From the NCBI RefSeq assembly GCF_009834535.1, contig NC_045697.1:103418001-103482000 (forward strand): a DNA stretch of 64,000 nucleotides, read 5' to 3'. Positions within the stretch are counted from its first letter, which is position 1; every line of letters starts with the position of its first letter. This DNA is from Camelus ferus (lineage: Eukaryota). Below, piece after piece: positions 54,801 to 64,000 of the stretch. A model generated the notes under the pieces. That model saw nothing but the letters and a program-made list of their open reading frames with translations, did no database searches and was not told the DNA's origin. The position numbers and the translations under genes were made by a program.

Positions 54801-55839
54801 TTGGCTGATTATTAATGGACCCAAGACAGACAATCCAATTTCATTGGAAAGTCTTCATTCAGAATGTCAAATACATAACTTTGCACGTTAGATTTCCTTT
54901 ACAAACTGATGACCCGTGCCATATAAAGCCCATGTGGCCACTTTTGTAAATATGTGGGAGGGAGGCCGTATTAGATCCGTGTCTTCCGATGGTACCACCC
55001 CTGGGTGTGCTGCCTACCTGTAAGCTCACAGGTGCCCTAGTTTTTGCTTTCCCTCCCTACCATCACCCCCATCCTCACTCTCCCATCACTCTCACCACAC
55101 TGCCTTGCCCCAGAGCCTTCTCCCACTGGGCACCGGTGAACTGAGTTCAAATATGAACCGAGGGGATGTGTGTGTGTGAAGTAATAGGCCTGAAACAAAC
55201 AAAGAGCTCATGCAGGCCCTGAGTACCCGGTTTATTTTGATAAAGTCTTTTTAAATCATCACCCCACATAAGATCATGTTTTTCTTTGCTGTATTGCTCC
55301 CTAATCCTTTCCCTCTACTTAATTCGCACACTGAATCATTAACTGTCTTCGGATAGCACTTCTGTATTCATCATTATTAAACTCCTTTTATTGACCTCTT
55401 CCTTTGCTCCAATCTGTCATGATTTTACAAATTTTAATTCAATTCCTTCTGTGTTTGTGGTCCCTCCAGCATCACACCGTCTTCACATTTTTATTCAAAT
55501 GATCTCCAGTCTATCTTCTGAGCTGATAGTTATTAGTATTATGTGATGTTAATGAGACTATTTAAAAATATTGTGCTGCTACAGCACCTTGTTAGAAGAA
55601 AAAAGTCTTACCTTGACACGAAGCCATTAATATTAACTTTTATGCTTTATTTATTTATTTATTTATTTATTTTTTGGTCAGTTTGGCATTCATTTTACAG
55701 CAGAGCGGCTTGCTTCACGTGTCTTGTTTTCCCCCGGGTGCTGTGTAAAGGCGAATGCTTTCCTAACACAGTGAAATAATCCCATGAAACACTCACTTTG
55801 ACACTGTATTTCTTTCACCGACAGAGCTTCTTCGTCCAT
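22825..55839 (-). CDS. Hypothetical spliced 33-aa small ORF, join(55839..55797,22883..22825): [33 protein letters not shown]
   Basis: First AUG of the predicted transcript (ttgATGG); phase-1 junction A|AA; TAA at 22827-22825. No homology recognised; exon connectivity unproven. Confidence 0.15.
24465..25020 (+). mobile_element. MLT1 (MaLR) LTR, older subfamily
   Basis: tacatttcccagcctcccttg...gatgtcatggctggagctcctgtagccatttt...gatggcagaacagaga. Confidence 0.75.
25092..25178 (-). mobile_element. Vic-1-type SINE (short form)
   Basis: aatggaggtactggggattgaatccagg...ctaccactgagctataccc; TSD ATATATACTTTT. Confidence 0.9.
25450..25932 (-). mobile_element. MLT1B/C-like MaLR LTR
   Basis: aaatttattatcttacagttctggagg...ggataatccaggat...catacctgcaaaattcc. 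Confidence 0.85.
26365..26572 (+). mobile_element. Old MLT1 LTR fragment
   Basis: gcatgacccaagctaggccaatca motif. Confidence 0.55.
26575..26966 (+). mobile_element. MLT1A-like MaLR LTR
   Basis: tatggactaaatgtttgtgtccc...ggacttcccagtctccagaac...ggtattttgttatggcagccc...ctaagaca. Confidence 0.88.
27530..28100 (-). mobile_element. Degenerate old MLT1-type LTR
   Basis: ctcttggttgtaaataccagaaacccc...ctctaattggtctagt motifs; highly diverged. Confidence 0.45.
29062..29530 (-). mobile_element. LTR16-like ERVL LTR (3' LTR of the adjacent proviral remnant)
   Basis: Minus strand reads ccctcagccagtga...gcacgttctacctggcttctcagag...gagcccaggttg...ggcaaagatg, matching the recalled LTR16 layout. Confidence 0.7.
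29595..29833 (+). mobile_element. Cetartiodactyl-type L1 3' end
   Basis: gggataaattaggagtgtgggattaacagat...gctgtacacctgaaactaacattgtaaatcaactac + A tail. Confidence 0.88.
30111..30728 (-). mobile_element. Young-looking ERV1-class solo LTR
   Basis: TG...CA termini, imperfect 4-bp TSD CTTC/CATC, retained CpGs, internal 67-bp-period repeat; splits the ERVL internal sequence. Confidence 0.75.
31870..32193 (-). mobile_element. MLT1H/J-like MaLR LTR fragment
   Basis: cagccttggaaatcacgcagcagcacttccgc...cagcctggattcaaggggaggg...gccatctttagaaaat. Confidence 0.75.
33245..35615 (+). mobile_element. L2 LINE (long fragment)
   Basis: Pyrimidine-rich L2 motifs (tctgaccacc, tatgctgatgacttc, tattctcaacacagtggccag, tggaatgctcttccc). 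Confidence 0.85.
33829..33960 (-). mobile_element. Vic-1-type SINE inside L2
   Basis: aatggaggtactggggattgaacccagg...taccactgagctata; imperfect TSD ggccctatttta/ggccccatttta. Confidence 0.9.
36483..36856 (+). mobile_element. MLT2 (ERVL) LTR with internal deletion and (TCTG)n(TCTA)n repeat
   Basis: tgtggtcattaattttatg...gtcaacttgactgg...tagcatttgaatc... Confidence 0.8.
39672..39830 (+). mobile_element. Young lineage-specific L1 3' end nested in L1MC
   Basis: aatgactgaaaaattgtgctgaacactggaatttgacacaacattgtaaaatgattataaatcaataaaaaatgttaaaaaaaa. Confidence 0.8.
40785..41012 (-). mobile_element. ERV1-like LTR fragment nested in L1
   Basis: Starts tgtaggggagg; tttatt (poly(A) signal on minus strand) ~40885; interrupts L1 ORF2. 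Confidence 0.55.
42060..42370. mobile_element. MER102-like hAT element
   Basis: cagggttgcaaactcaa...aatctaaattttgttgtgaaatg...aaacactgtatgagccaaaca. Confidence 0.7.
42905..43355 (+). mobile_element. 5' LTR (LTR33-like) of decayed ERVL provirus
   Basis: TG start, AATAAA ~43292, ends gaactgacaca; followed by PBS-like gttgtaccaagaa. Confidence 0.75.
43356..46865 (+). mobile_element. ERVL internal region (decayed gag/integrase/dUTPase-like), interrupted by L1
   Basis: Translations [15 protein letters not shown] and [23 protein letters not shown] match ERVL integrase (ATWWQVDYIGPLP; HVPHHPEAAGLIERWNGLLKTQ). Confidence 0.85.
43870..44818 (+). mobile_element. Old L1 (L1MD/ME-like) ORF2 end and 3'UTR inside the ERVL
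   Basis: atgacccagcaatcccacttctag...gaaaaaagccagatgcaaaa...aataaagctg + A tail. Confidence 0.85.
46868..47533 (+). mobile_element. 3' LTR (LTR33-like) with short L1 insert (~47183-47256) and (CCT)n tract
   Basis: Co-linear similarity to 42905-43355 (cagatctccctt, tttgcccag, gaaggtt.tccctgcctac, ggactgaca). Confidence 0.7.
48500..49002 (-). mobile_element. Old L1ME-like ORF2 fragment (continues ~50357-51120)
   Basis: tagcatcatttc...aatcaaccttt...ttgaaatatcacc degenerate L1 ORF2 reverse complement. Confidence 0.55.
49019..50340 (-). mobile_element. Cetartiodactyl-type L1, 5'-truncated (ORF2 C-terminus + 3'UTR)
   Basis: Translations [22 protein letters not shown]...[21 protein letters not shown] and [29 protein letters not shown] at 49003-49018 and 50341-50356. 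Confidence 0.95.
51132..51299. mobile_element. MER5A-like hAT element
   Basis: tggttcacaaaatgtggtccctggacc...agaaactctgagggtgggaccc...gtttgagaaccactg. Confidence 0.85.
51375..53060 (+). mobile_element. L2 LINE, split by MER53
   Basis: ctccatgttgctaaatctaatg; ctccacttggatggccaat; ttcaagtctttgctcaaatgtcaccttctcagtga. Confidence 0.85.
51822..52116. mobile_element. MER53-like palindromic hAT MITE with expanded centre
   Basis: aaatttaaatttcagatgaacaa ... ttgtttatctgaatttccagttt inverted arms; tttgggacatac core. Confidence 0.75.
54293..54481. mobile_element. MER5-like element
   Basis: gttcccaaacc...agattcagtaggttt...gggttgggaatcactg. Confidence 0.6.
54517..54768 (+). mobile_element. Young L1 3' end
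   Basis: gtatagcacagggaactatattcagtatcttgtagt...agaaattgacacaacattg + long A tail. Confidence 0.9.
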
Positions 55840-55868
55840 CAAAGAAATAAATTCTCCGCTTTCTTCAC
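55797..55868 (-). other. Candidate exon 2 (72 nt) of the minus-strand transcript
   Basis: ~50-nt AG-free stretch with TTTAAC branch-like motif, then gaag|GTGAAG...TGTCAAA|gtgagt; GAA-rich; acceptor weak, donor strong. Confidence 0.4.
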
Positions 55869-56439
55869 CTTCATTAGTTCAGGTAAAAAACCAAATTCAA
55901 GGTGATGTTAAAACAATATAAAGCCTTTGACATCAAGCTACAAATTCTAAACATTTACAGGTAGTGCTGACGCTACCTCCTAAATTCATTTTGTGGAATC
56001 TAAGTTCTAGTCAATACAGGATTTTCAAGTTTCCCCAAAGAGCTGCTTATCTTGGATACTTCTTGTACATAAAAGAAGTGGGTGAAGATAAATTAGTGGA
56101 TTAAGATATAGATGCCCCAGCGCTTTCTCACAATTTCGTTTGAAATACGAGCTGCCCACATAAAGACAATAAAGCTCAGCAGTGGCAGTCTGCCCTGATT
56201 TGCACCTTCTAGTCACAAATTCCAGCTCTTTCTAGAATCATTAAGTTTCAGAACACTTGCGAAACCATCTTAAGCAAGGGTTTTCTCTATGTCCACATTA
56301 ATAAACAGAAGTGTGAGGATTGTTTATGGGGGGGGTGTTTAAGCCAAGAGGTCCACCCTATTCCTCTCCATCACTGTTACCCAATGTCCTCTCTACTGCT
56401 CTCTCCCTCATAACCTTGGGGCTTATTTGCAAACTGGGT

Positions 56440-56553
56440 TTTTAAAAAATTAATTTATTTGGGGGGGAGTAATTAGGTTTATTTATTTATTTTCAGTGGA
56501 GGTACTGGGGATTGGACCCAGGACCTCATGCATGCTAAGCACACACTCTGCCA
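56440..56553 (-). mobile_element. Vic-1-type SINE, 5'-truncated
   Basis: gtggaggtactggggattggacccagg...; TSD CAAACTGGG. Confidence 0.88.
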
Positions 56554-57129
56554 CAAACTGGGCTTTTGACATGATGACTAGTTTACAGGCTGAGGGCCTC
56601 ATCGTCACCGCTTGCCCAGTTCTGAACTTTTTCATTCCAAATGGCTTACACTATGGAGAATCTCCCTCCAGCATGGTTTGTCTACTACTTCTGTTAATCA
56701 CATTTCTGGGTCCAGCCCCTAAGGCATTTAATCTCAGCAGGACCTGGGGTCTGGCACCGGCAGTGTTTACCCTGGATCCCTCTGGAAAATCCAGATGGTG
56801 TCCATGCAACCACAGCCTAATTGGTCTGAAATGAAAAATATGGTTATTTCAAATCAACAAGTTTTGTCAGTACAACTGAACCCTGTGGCATTGCCCTTAA
56901 TGATGAAAAGTCTTAGGACACCCTCTGCCACACATAAGAATGTAAAAAAAAAAATGGCGTTTTTAAGACATACATTTATTCCTGAGTAGAAAACGTCTCA
57001 ATGATCACTGAACTAAAAGGGACTTCAAAGTCCATTCGTCTAATGTTTTCAATTACTGGAGAGACCACACGAGGCAGACTTCCAGAGATGATCTCTTGAA
57101 TTCTTTCCAGTTTCATCAAATATTAGGAA

Positions 57130-57285
57130 CAGGAGAGAGGGATCTTGCAGAACATACACTTGACCTTCTCACTTAACAGAATAAGAAATATAAATTGCAG
57201 GGAAGCTAAGTAAATTTTCTAGAGCCAGAACTAGAACCCAGATCTCCAGTGTTGTCTAATCTCTTTCCTCGATCACTCTGCCTGA
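57130..57285 (-). mobile_element. MIR fragment
   Basis: ctcacttaacagaataagaaa...gagccagaactagaacccagatctcc. Confidence 0.6.
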
Positions 57286-57744
57286 CCTTAGTGTGAAAAT
57301 GTTTCTACTTCTCCAGGCATTAGTGAAATAAGACCATGATGCATTAGTAACAAGATATTATAGTCATTATAAAGAAAATAATCGAGCATATGTTGGAAAT
57401 TTCTAGAATGCTTTATGAATTGTACCCTATCGTGGAATAGGACCATGGCACATTAGAATTGGAAAGAACAGGTCATCCTCTCCACTCCAGTCCACACAAA
57501 AAGGCAAAGGACATGCCTTACACCTATAGTAGCTTAGAGTTCACTAACCAGCAACTTGTTCTTAAGTCTTTCCATAGAAGTTGCAACATTTGAAAGTCTC
57601 ATGAGAATGTAGCTGAAACAACCACACGGAGAACTCAGTTTTGAAAATTCTCAAGTTCATCCACTGGAAGTGTATCTTCCTGATTCCAAATAGTTTCCTT
57701 CAATCCATTAAGCCAATAAAACTATGCCTATAAGGCATAACAAG

Positions 57745-59483
57745 CCAGTCCAAATCCATTTAAAGATTTTAAGCAAAGGGAACATAGAAATGAGGTTTCA
57801 GATTTTTGCAAATCTCTTTAATCTCTGGCATAATAGGAGACAACAGCATTCTCAGATAATGCGTCTACATTCAATCTGTTGTACATCCTCTAAGTTAAAA
57901 TATGAAGAAAATCCAGCTTGACTCAGATATGTAATTGGGAAAAAGAAGAGAATTTTGATAGCCTTTTCAAGTAACTGTGAGTACTCTTTGAGGCCACACC
58001 AAAGCTTGACAAGTGGTCATTTCTTAAAGGTTAGTTGCAGTGTGGAATCTGAAACCATGCTGATAAGCATTTCCTGTCATGTTGCATTAAAATCGATTCA
58101 AAAATGATTTTGCTATGTGAATTGTTTATTTGGAAAATATGGGTTTAGTGAATTATGTAGATCTTCCAAATGTTGACACACCTCACTAGGTGATATCAGA
58201 ACCACATTCATTAATGTCACCACCGAACTCACTTAAAAGATGTTCAAGTGTTAGGAAGTTGTCAGGCTGATGGTGGCAAATATAGATTTTTAAAAATTCT
58301 AATTTTCACTTGAAAGCTCAAATTTTATTGTTGGTGACAAAAACTCTCAGTTGTTTTCCTCCAGGCGACAGGATCATTTCATTCATTTAAAAAAAAAAAA
58401 AAAAGGAAATGTCTACTATCAAATACATCAACAGGAAAAACTATAGTTAGTCTGAGAGTAATTTTTTAAGGAAAAATGGTATTCTGTGAAAAAAGTGGCT
58501 AGTTCAGCTGTGCTCAATCACTCCAGTACTTTTCCCAGAGACGTTCACTGTACTTTGAAATGCCCAGAAATGCTTTATGTGTACTGCTTATTTCTTCACA
58601 TAGGATATTTTAAAATCCTATATTCAAAGGTTTATCTATTTTTCTATTCAAAAATTTAATAAAATTAATAATTTTTGCTGCTTTATCAAGGACATTCTTT
58701 TTTTAATTAAAGTATAGTTGATTTACAATGTTGTGTTAATTTCTAGTGTACAGCATAGTAATTCAGTTAAGCATATATATATTCTTTTTATTATAAGCTA
58801 TTGAATATAGTTCCTTATGAAATACAGAAGGACCTTGTTGTTTATCTACTTTATACATAGTAGTTAGTGTTTGCAAATCTCAAACTCCCAATTTATCTCT
58901 TCCCACCCCCTTCCCCCAGGTAATCATAAGCTGGTTTTCCATGTCTGTGAGTCTGTTTCTGTTTTGTACCCCAATGTTCATTGCAGCACTGTTTACAATA
59001 GCCAAGACATGGAAGCAACATCAATGCCCATCGACAGATGACTGAAGAAGATGTAGTATATATATGAATAGTATGAATACTATTCAGCCATAAAAATAAT
59101 GAAATAATGCAGCAACATGGATGGACCTAGAGATTATTATACTAAGTGAAGTAAGTCAGACAGAGAAAGACAAATGCCATATGATTTCACTTAGATGTGA
59201 AATCTAAAAAAAAGACACAAATAAACTTATCAAGGCCATTCTTAAGTGAAATTGGCATCCCCCACTGTGAGTGTGTGGTGGTGAAGAGTGAATGCAATGA
59301 CCGCCAGGGCAGCCTGGAGTCACCCCCTTGATCCGTGCTGTGTCACTGGCAGTTTTCCCTGCCATCAATGTAGAAGCCAACGCAGTGCAAAGGCAATGTA
59401 TTAATTGTATTATAAAAATAGTTTGAGGACCCCTAAAGGTTCTCAGGGCCCATAGGGTTCACGGACCACACTGGGAGAATTCA
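57745..59483 (-). mobile_element. Charlie1-like hAT transposon, split by an L1
   Basis: tttttgcaaatctctttaat...aaaggttagttgcagtgtggaatctgaaacc...ggaccacactgggagaa terminus. Confidence 0.85.
58700..59226 (-). mobile_element. 5'-inverted L1 insertion (twin priming) in Charlie1
   Basis: Minus 3' end 58700-~58967, plus segment ~58968-59226; TSD TTATCAAGG(A/C)CATTCTT at 58683-58699 and 59227-59243. Confidence 0.88.
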
Positions 59484-60183
59484 GGGCCAGTGAGTAAGAT
59501 ATGCCTTCATCAACCGGAGAGGCTTTGTAAGTCTCTATCACACAGAACCAAGTGAAAATAAGAGTCGTCTTCTTCATTTACACTCCTTTGTTGTAATTTT
59601 ACCTAAATAAGGAGTAACCTGTCCTGCTTTCTTGCTAGATCCTTTTCTATCTTACCCTAGGTATAGGTCACCTAGGATTTTAAAAGCCGGAATATTGGTG
59701 TATTTGGCACTCTGTGACCCAGCTGGTTATTGCACCACTTTGACCTCTCAAACTCTGGTAGTTTGCACCACAAGCATCACTAAATCAAGGGGCGAGGCTG
59801 GAGCATCAGGAAAGGTTAGTTGGCTCCAGCTCTTGGAATGCTCCTGTGGTGTTAGTTTAGGTATCAGAGTCTAGGAGGTGGGACTGCTGTTATCTCTCTT
59901 GAAATCTAGCCTTCATGGCTTCTGGCCTCTTGATTAAAGAATTTCAATGTGCAGTGAAATAAGGGGCAATTGGAGAGGCAGAGACGAGCATTTGACATCA
60001 ACTAGCTTGAAAGGGCACCACAGGAAGGATCCTGGCACTAGATCTTATAGGACTGATAATAACAAGGAATTCTCTTTCCAGTAATAATCTAGTAGAATAT
60101 GGGGCCAGTTACAAATCCACCCTAAGGTTTAGGGCACTCTCTTGCTGGTTAGTTTTGAGTATTTCAATTAACAAGTATTGGAA

Positions 60184-60471
60184 ATAGGCTCACAGACATA
60201 GAAAATAAACTGTGGTTACCTGAGGAGAAAGCAGGGAGGAGGAATAGATTAGGAATTTGGGATTACTAGATATACACTACTGTATATAAAATAGATAAAC
60301 AACAAGGACCTACTGAATACTACAGGGGACTATATTCAGTTCCTTATAATGAGCTGTAATGGAAAAGAATCTGAAAAATACATATATGTGTAACTGAACT
60401 GCTTTGCTGTACACATGAAACTGACATTATAAATTGACTACACTTCAATAAAAAATAAGAATTAAACCAAA
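60184..60471 (+). mobile_element. Cetartiodactyl-type L1 3' end
   Basis: ctcacagacatagaaaataaac...tacacttcaataaaaa; TSD AAGTATTGGA. Confidence 0.9.
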
Positions 60472-60840
60472 AAGTATTGGAGAGCTTACTTTTTTCTCCA
60501 AGGGAAATATGTTAAAATTACTTCTGCAGACCAAGTCTGATAAAGACAAGGGGGAAAAAATTTTTAAATCCCAGTTTGAAAAAAAAGTTAATTACATAGT
60601 GAATAGAGTTAATCACCGTTTACAAAACCCCCAGATAAAAATGTATGATGAAGATTCTAAAAAAATATATCTGGTAGCCAAATACATGTCAAGTTATGAG
60701 GTCTGTTATTTTTATTTTAAAGGAGTTAAATAATGAAGAATTGTTGTACATAAAAGGCTAAACAAACAAATTCTTCAAAATCCCTTGAATACAGTTTAGC
60801 TAAAGTTACTATCTGTTATCATGAAGTAAAATTCCTGCAT

Positions 60841-61005
60841 ATCTTCTTTTTAAATTTTTGTTTTAAAGTCTTTATTGGTTATTTAAATTTTATAGGCTAT
60901 ATTATATATTCTTTTACTTTATTTTATTTTTAATGGAGGTACAGGGGATTGAACCAGGACCTCATACATGCTAAGCATGCACTCTACCACTGAGCTCCCC
61001 TCCTC
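60841..61005 (-). mobile_element. Vic-1-type SINE
   Basis: aatggaggtacaggggattgaaccagg...taccactgagct; TSD AATTCCTGCAT at 60830-60840 and 61006-61016. Confidence 0.9.
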
Positions 61006-61089
61006 AATTCCTGCATGTGTTGACTTGCGGATATAATTCAAGGAATCAGGCTTTGGCCTGGCACAAGGTCAAGGTCATGCGCAGGCCAA

Positions 61090-61835
61090 GAGCTGACAAG
61101 GCTTGGAAGTCACGAGAACGATCTTCATTGCTCGTGGGGTGGGAGTCAGTCCAAGATGGGAAACAATTTGGCAATATCAAAAATCTGAAAATGCACATAC
61201 CCTAGGGCCCAGAAATTCCATTTCAAGAAACATTTCTTAGAGAAACTTTCACACATGTGCACAGGGGATATGTAGAAAGAATCGTCACTGCATTATTATT
61301 GATAATAGCAACATTAAAAAAAAATCTAAATAGCCACCACTATGAAGTGTGGAAGAACCAAATAATAAAATAGTAAATTGTTGGGAAGAGTAAGCCAGAG
61401 CTACAGGTTCTGAATCTATCAACAAGAATAAAGCTTATAAATATAACTGTGAGTATAAAAACCAAGCTACCAAAAGTATACACACATCATGATACCACCA
61501 ATGAAAGAAGGTAAAACAAGCAGCACATCATATGTCACTATGAATACATTCATACACATTAAGTATCAATAAAAATACAAAAACAAGATGGGCAAGGATG
61601 CACCCCAATTTCAGGCTCTTGGTCGATGTTGCAGAAGGAGGAAGTGGGAATCCGTTTTGGGTGGGTGGGTGATTTCCGTTTTGTCTATAACATTTTATTC
61701 TTAAGTTAAAAGGTTTAGAGGTAAATACAGCAAAATAATAACATGTATTAAACGTTGGTGGTGGGTATGTGAAAATTTGACGTATTATTTCTATTTTATG
61801 TTTATATTTTCATAATGAAATAACAAATATTTAAA
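61090..61835 (+). mobile_element. Old L1ME-like 3' region
   Basis: aaacaatttggcaatatc...cccagaaattccatt...ggtaaatacagcaaaat. Confidence 0.7.
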
Positions 61836-61844
61836 AGGAGAATG

Positions 61845-62060
61845 GGCCTGAGAGAGAGATCTACGTCCCAGTTTGGTTCCCATTATTTATTAGCTGTAGG
61901 TCCATGGGCAAATTGTGTAACCTCACTAAGCTCCGACCTCCCACCTCCCACCTCCCATCTCCAACTCCCATTTCCAGCCTATATTTACCTTTTTGGGATA
62001 TTGTGAAATTTAATGGAGCTCATATAAAGCTCCTGGCACACAGCTTACGAAGCAAATGCT
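61845..62060 (+). mobile_element. MIR fragment with a short (CTCCCAC)-like tandem expansion
   Basis: tattagctgtagg..catgggcaaattgtgtaacctc...gtgaaatttaatgg..cctggcacacag. Confidence 0.6.
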
Positions 62061-63543
62061 AGGTCCCTTTCTTGTAAAGTACTGTTTGGTAACATTGGCT
62101 CAAACTCTGTGCTTTTGTGTAAATTGGAAAAAGGTTCTGTGGAGGGAGCGGGATGCAGTAGGACGGCATAGTCTTCCTAGTTGCCTTATTCTGGCCTTCC
62201 TTTCCTCTTAAACCCCCACCTTGTCTCAGGTGTTCAAATGCCTATGTGCCTAAATGCGCCTACATGTGCCCATTAGCAATAATTCACAAATGCTGTACAA
62301 CAGATGCTAAGCTTTGGGAGGGTGGGAAAGCTCTCTGTTTAACTTCATGTAAGCATGAAGTGTCTCTTGACTTACGGGCTCCAAACAATTATATTGCGAT
62401 GAAACTGGAAATCACTTAAACTTCTCATGTTATGAAAAGTGCTTGCTGGTTGGGAATGGTGTAGGTGTTCATTTTTATGTAGGCTTTCATAGAAATATAA
62501 TGAGGACAGTTTTATATGGTAAGCTTTCAGTTAGCCTTGCTATGGAGATATCAGAGAGCTCAGGAAACATCCAGAAACTTCATCTGAGTGATTGCCTTTT
62601 GAGCTAACAGAAAAGATAATAGATTCAAGTGTCTATTCCTTTTTGTTATGTTTTTCATTCTAGAGAATTTGTGAAAGAAAAATATGGAGTCAAAGTAATC
62701 AGCAGCAATAAAGATTAAGGAAGGGACTGAACAATGAAAAGATCTCTACTACTGCGGCGATCTCATGAGATGCCTACTGAAAATCAACCTGGCCAAAATG
62801 ATTGTCTTCAGTTCTCTCTTGTCTATCTCTAGACCGAAGCCCAGAGCTTCTTATTACTAAGCATAGCCCAATGAGGAGGAAAGAGTGGAGAGAACAGTCA
62901 GGAAGGAGGCTGGGTGACCAGGGCCTGCCATGTGTGTTGTGCACTGCACAACACAAGAGAGCACCATTCACATGAACAACTGAGCATGCATAATCCTTAA
63001 AGAAGATGTCAAAGTAAGGAATAGAAAAGAACTTCAGCGGCACAGAAGGGTCCCTAGTCTCTGAAAATGTCTCAGAATCCAACTCTATGGGTGGAGCCCA
63101 TTTTTATCTCACTACACAAACAAGTTGACAGGTTGTGGAGAATCCAAGTCCATAATGTAGATAATATATAGAACTATTCAGTGGGATACCTCCCAAGAAC
63201 ATGGGAATAAAGAGAATAAAGCTAATAGGAACCAACATGTAATAAGTAAGCTTACCCATCCGGAAAAGTTACCCAAAAGATTAAAACTGAGTAGCAAGTA
63301 CATGTGATAAACACTCAAATCTAATTTTAAAAGTAGATCCAACAGCCCCTGACGTTTGCTGGGTAGTTTCTTGTATTTATAAAGATAAGAAAAGGCCACA
63401 GTAATCAACACTGGGATAGAAACATGAAGAAGCTCATCTTTAATAAAGTTCCATTATTTAACGAAGACCCGCATTTTTCCATCAGTAAATACATGTGAGG
63501 GGTCCAGGGTATACAGTTTTTGCAGCTCTGAGAATGAACTTAC

Positions 63544-63623
63544 CAGATGTGTAGGGGAAAAAATGTACTGCAGAGTTTTGAAGAGTGTCTCGAGTTTCGT
63601 TGCTTTGGTTGGAAGCGTAAAGT
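63544..63623 (-). ncRNA. Candidate first exon (80 nt, no ATG) of a minus-strand Pol II transcript (lncRNA or 5'UTR)
   Basis: Starts at Inr CCA(+1)CTTT (A=63623); ends CTG|GTAAGT (GT 63543-63542). Confidence 0.6.
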
Positions 63624-63995
63624 GGGTGCCTCCCCGAAGGCCCCTTCTATTTATGTATGAAATTGAAGGTAAATTCACGAGCTCTTTTTAGCTTTAAGGT
63701 TCAACTGATGGGTGATAACACACAGAGAAGAGCAGCAGGAAGAAATCATTCCTTTCCCTGCACTGTTGTTGTTCTTCTGCACTTGTGTGTGACTAAATTC
63801 TTTAATTTTGGTAAAGCAATATGCTACTCCAAATGCTTTGCTTCGAATCTGAATAGAGCGCCTTTGGTGTAAGCAATGCAGGACGGTTGTTTAAAAATGT
63901 GATTTGGAGATCAAGTTCTTCACCTAATATGGTCAAGGTCTATCTGGAACTCTTTCATGTGAAAGTCGCGACGACAGATTAAGGACAAGTTTACA
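63619..63995 (-). promoter_or_regulatory. Pol II core promoter with SRF/GATA-type upstream elements
   Basis: CATAAATA at 63655-63648 (-32 to -25); Inr YYANWYY 63625-63619; E-box 63702-63707; TGATAA 63713-63718; CAAGTG 63785-63780; CArG CCTAATATGG 63923-63932; TCAAGGTC 63933-63940; AGATAG 63945-63940; TGTAAAC 63995-63989. Confidence 0.6.
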
Positions 63996-64000
63996 CTGCA

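Noticed and set aside
63454..63678. 74-aa ORF spanning the predicted promoter
   Set aside because: Starts at GTG upstream of the TATA-like element and reads through the donor; incompatible with the promoter model and no homology recognised

Overview
Mammalian, repeat-rich non-coding DNA, almost certainly from a camelid (camel/alpaca/llama), inferred from seven tRNA-derived SINEs of Vic-1 type and cetartiodactyl-type L1 3' ends. No known protein-coding gene, RNA gene or CRISPR array could be recognised. The listed ORFs are chance ORFs or decayed L1/ERVL remnants. Well over half of the window is interspersed repeats, often nested: L1 of several ages, L2, MIR, HAL1, MaLR/ERVL/ERV1 LTRs, two decayed ERVL proviral remnants, and Tigger/Charlie/MER DNA transposons. 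Repeat family names are from recall of consensus sequences and need RepeatMasker/Dfam confirmation. The main non-repeat signal is a well-formed minus-strand Pol II promoter at the right end: CATAAATA at about -32, a consensus Inr at 63623, an 80-nt ATG-free exon 1 ending CTG|GTAAGT, and upstream GATA, E-box/NKX-core and c-fos-type CArG motifs. Candidate downstream exons at 55868-55797 and 22883-~22530 could give a spliced, possibly cardiac/muscle, transcript with a 33-aa small ORF. Further candidate minus-strand exons and a possible bidirectional CpG-rich promoter (~14.6-14.8 kb) lie on the left. All exon models are inferences from sequence motifs only.
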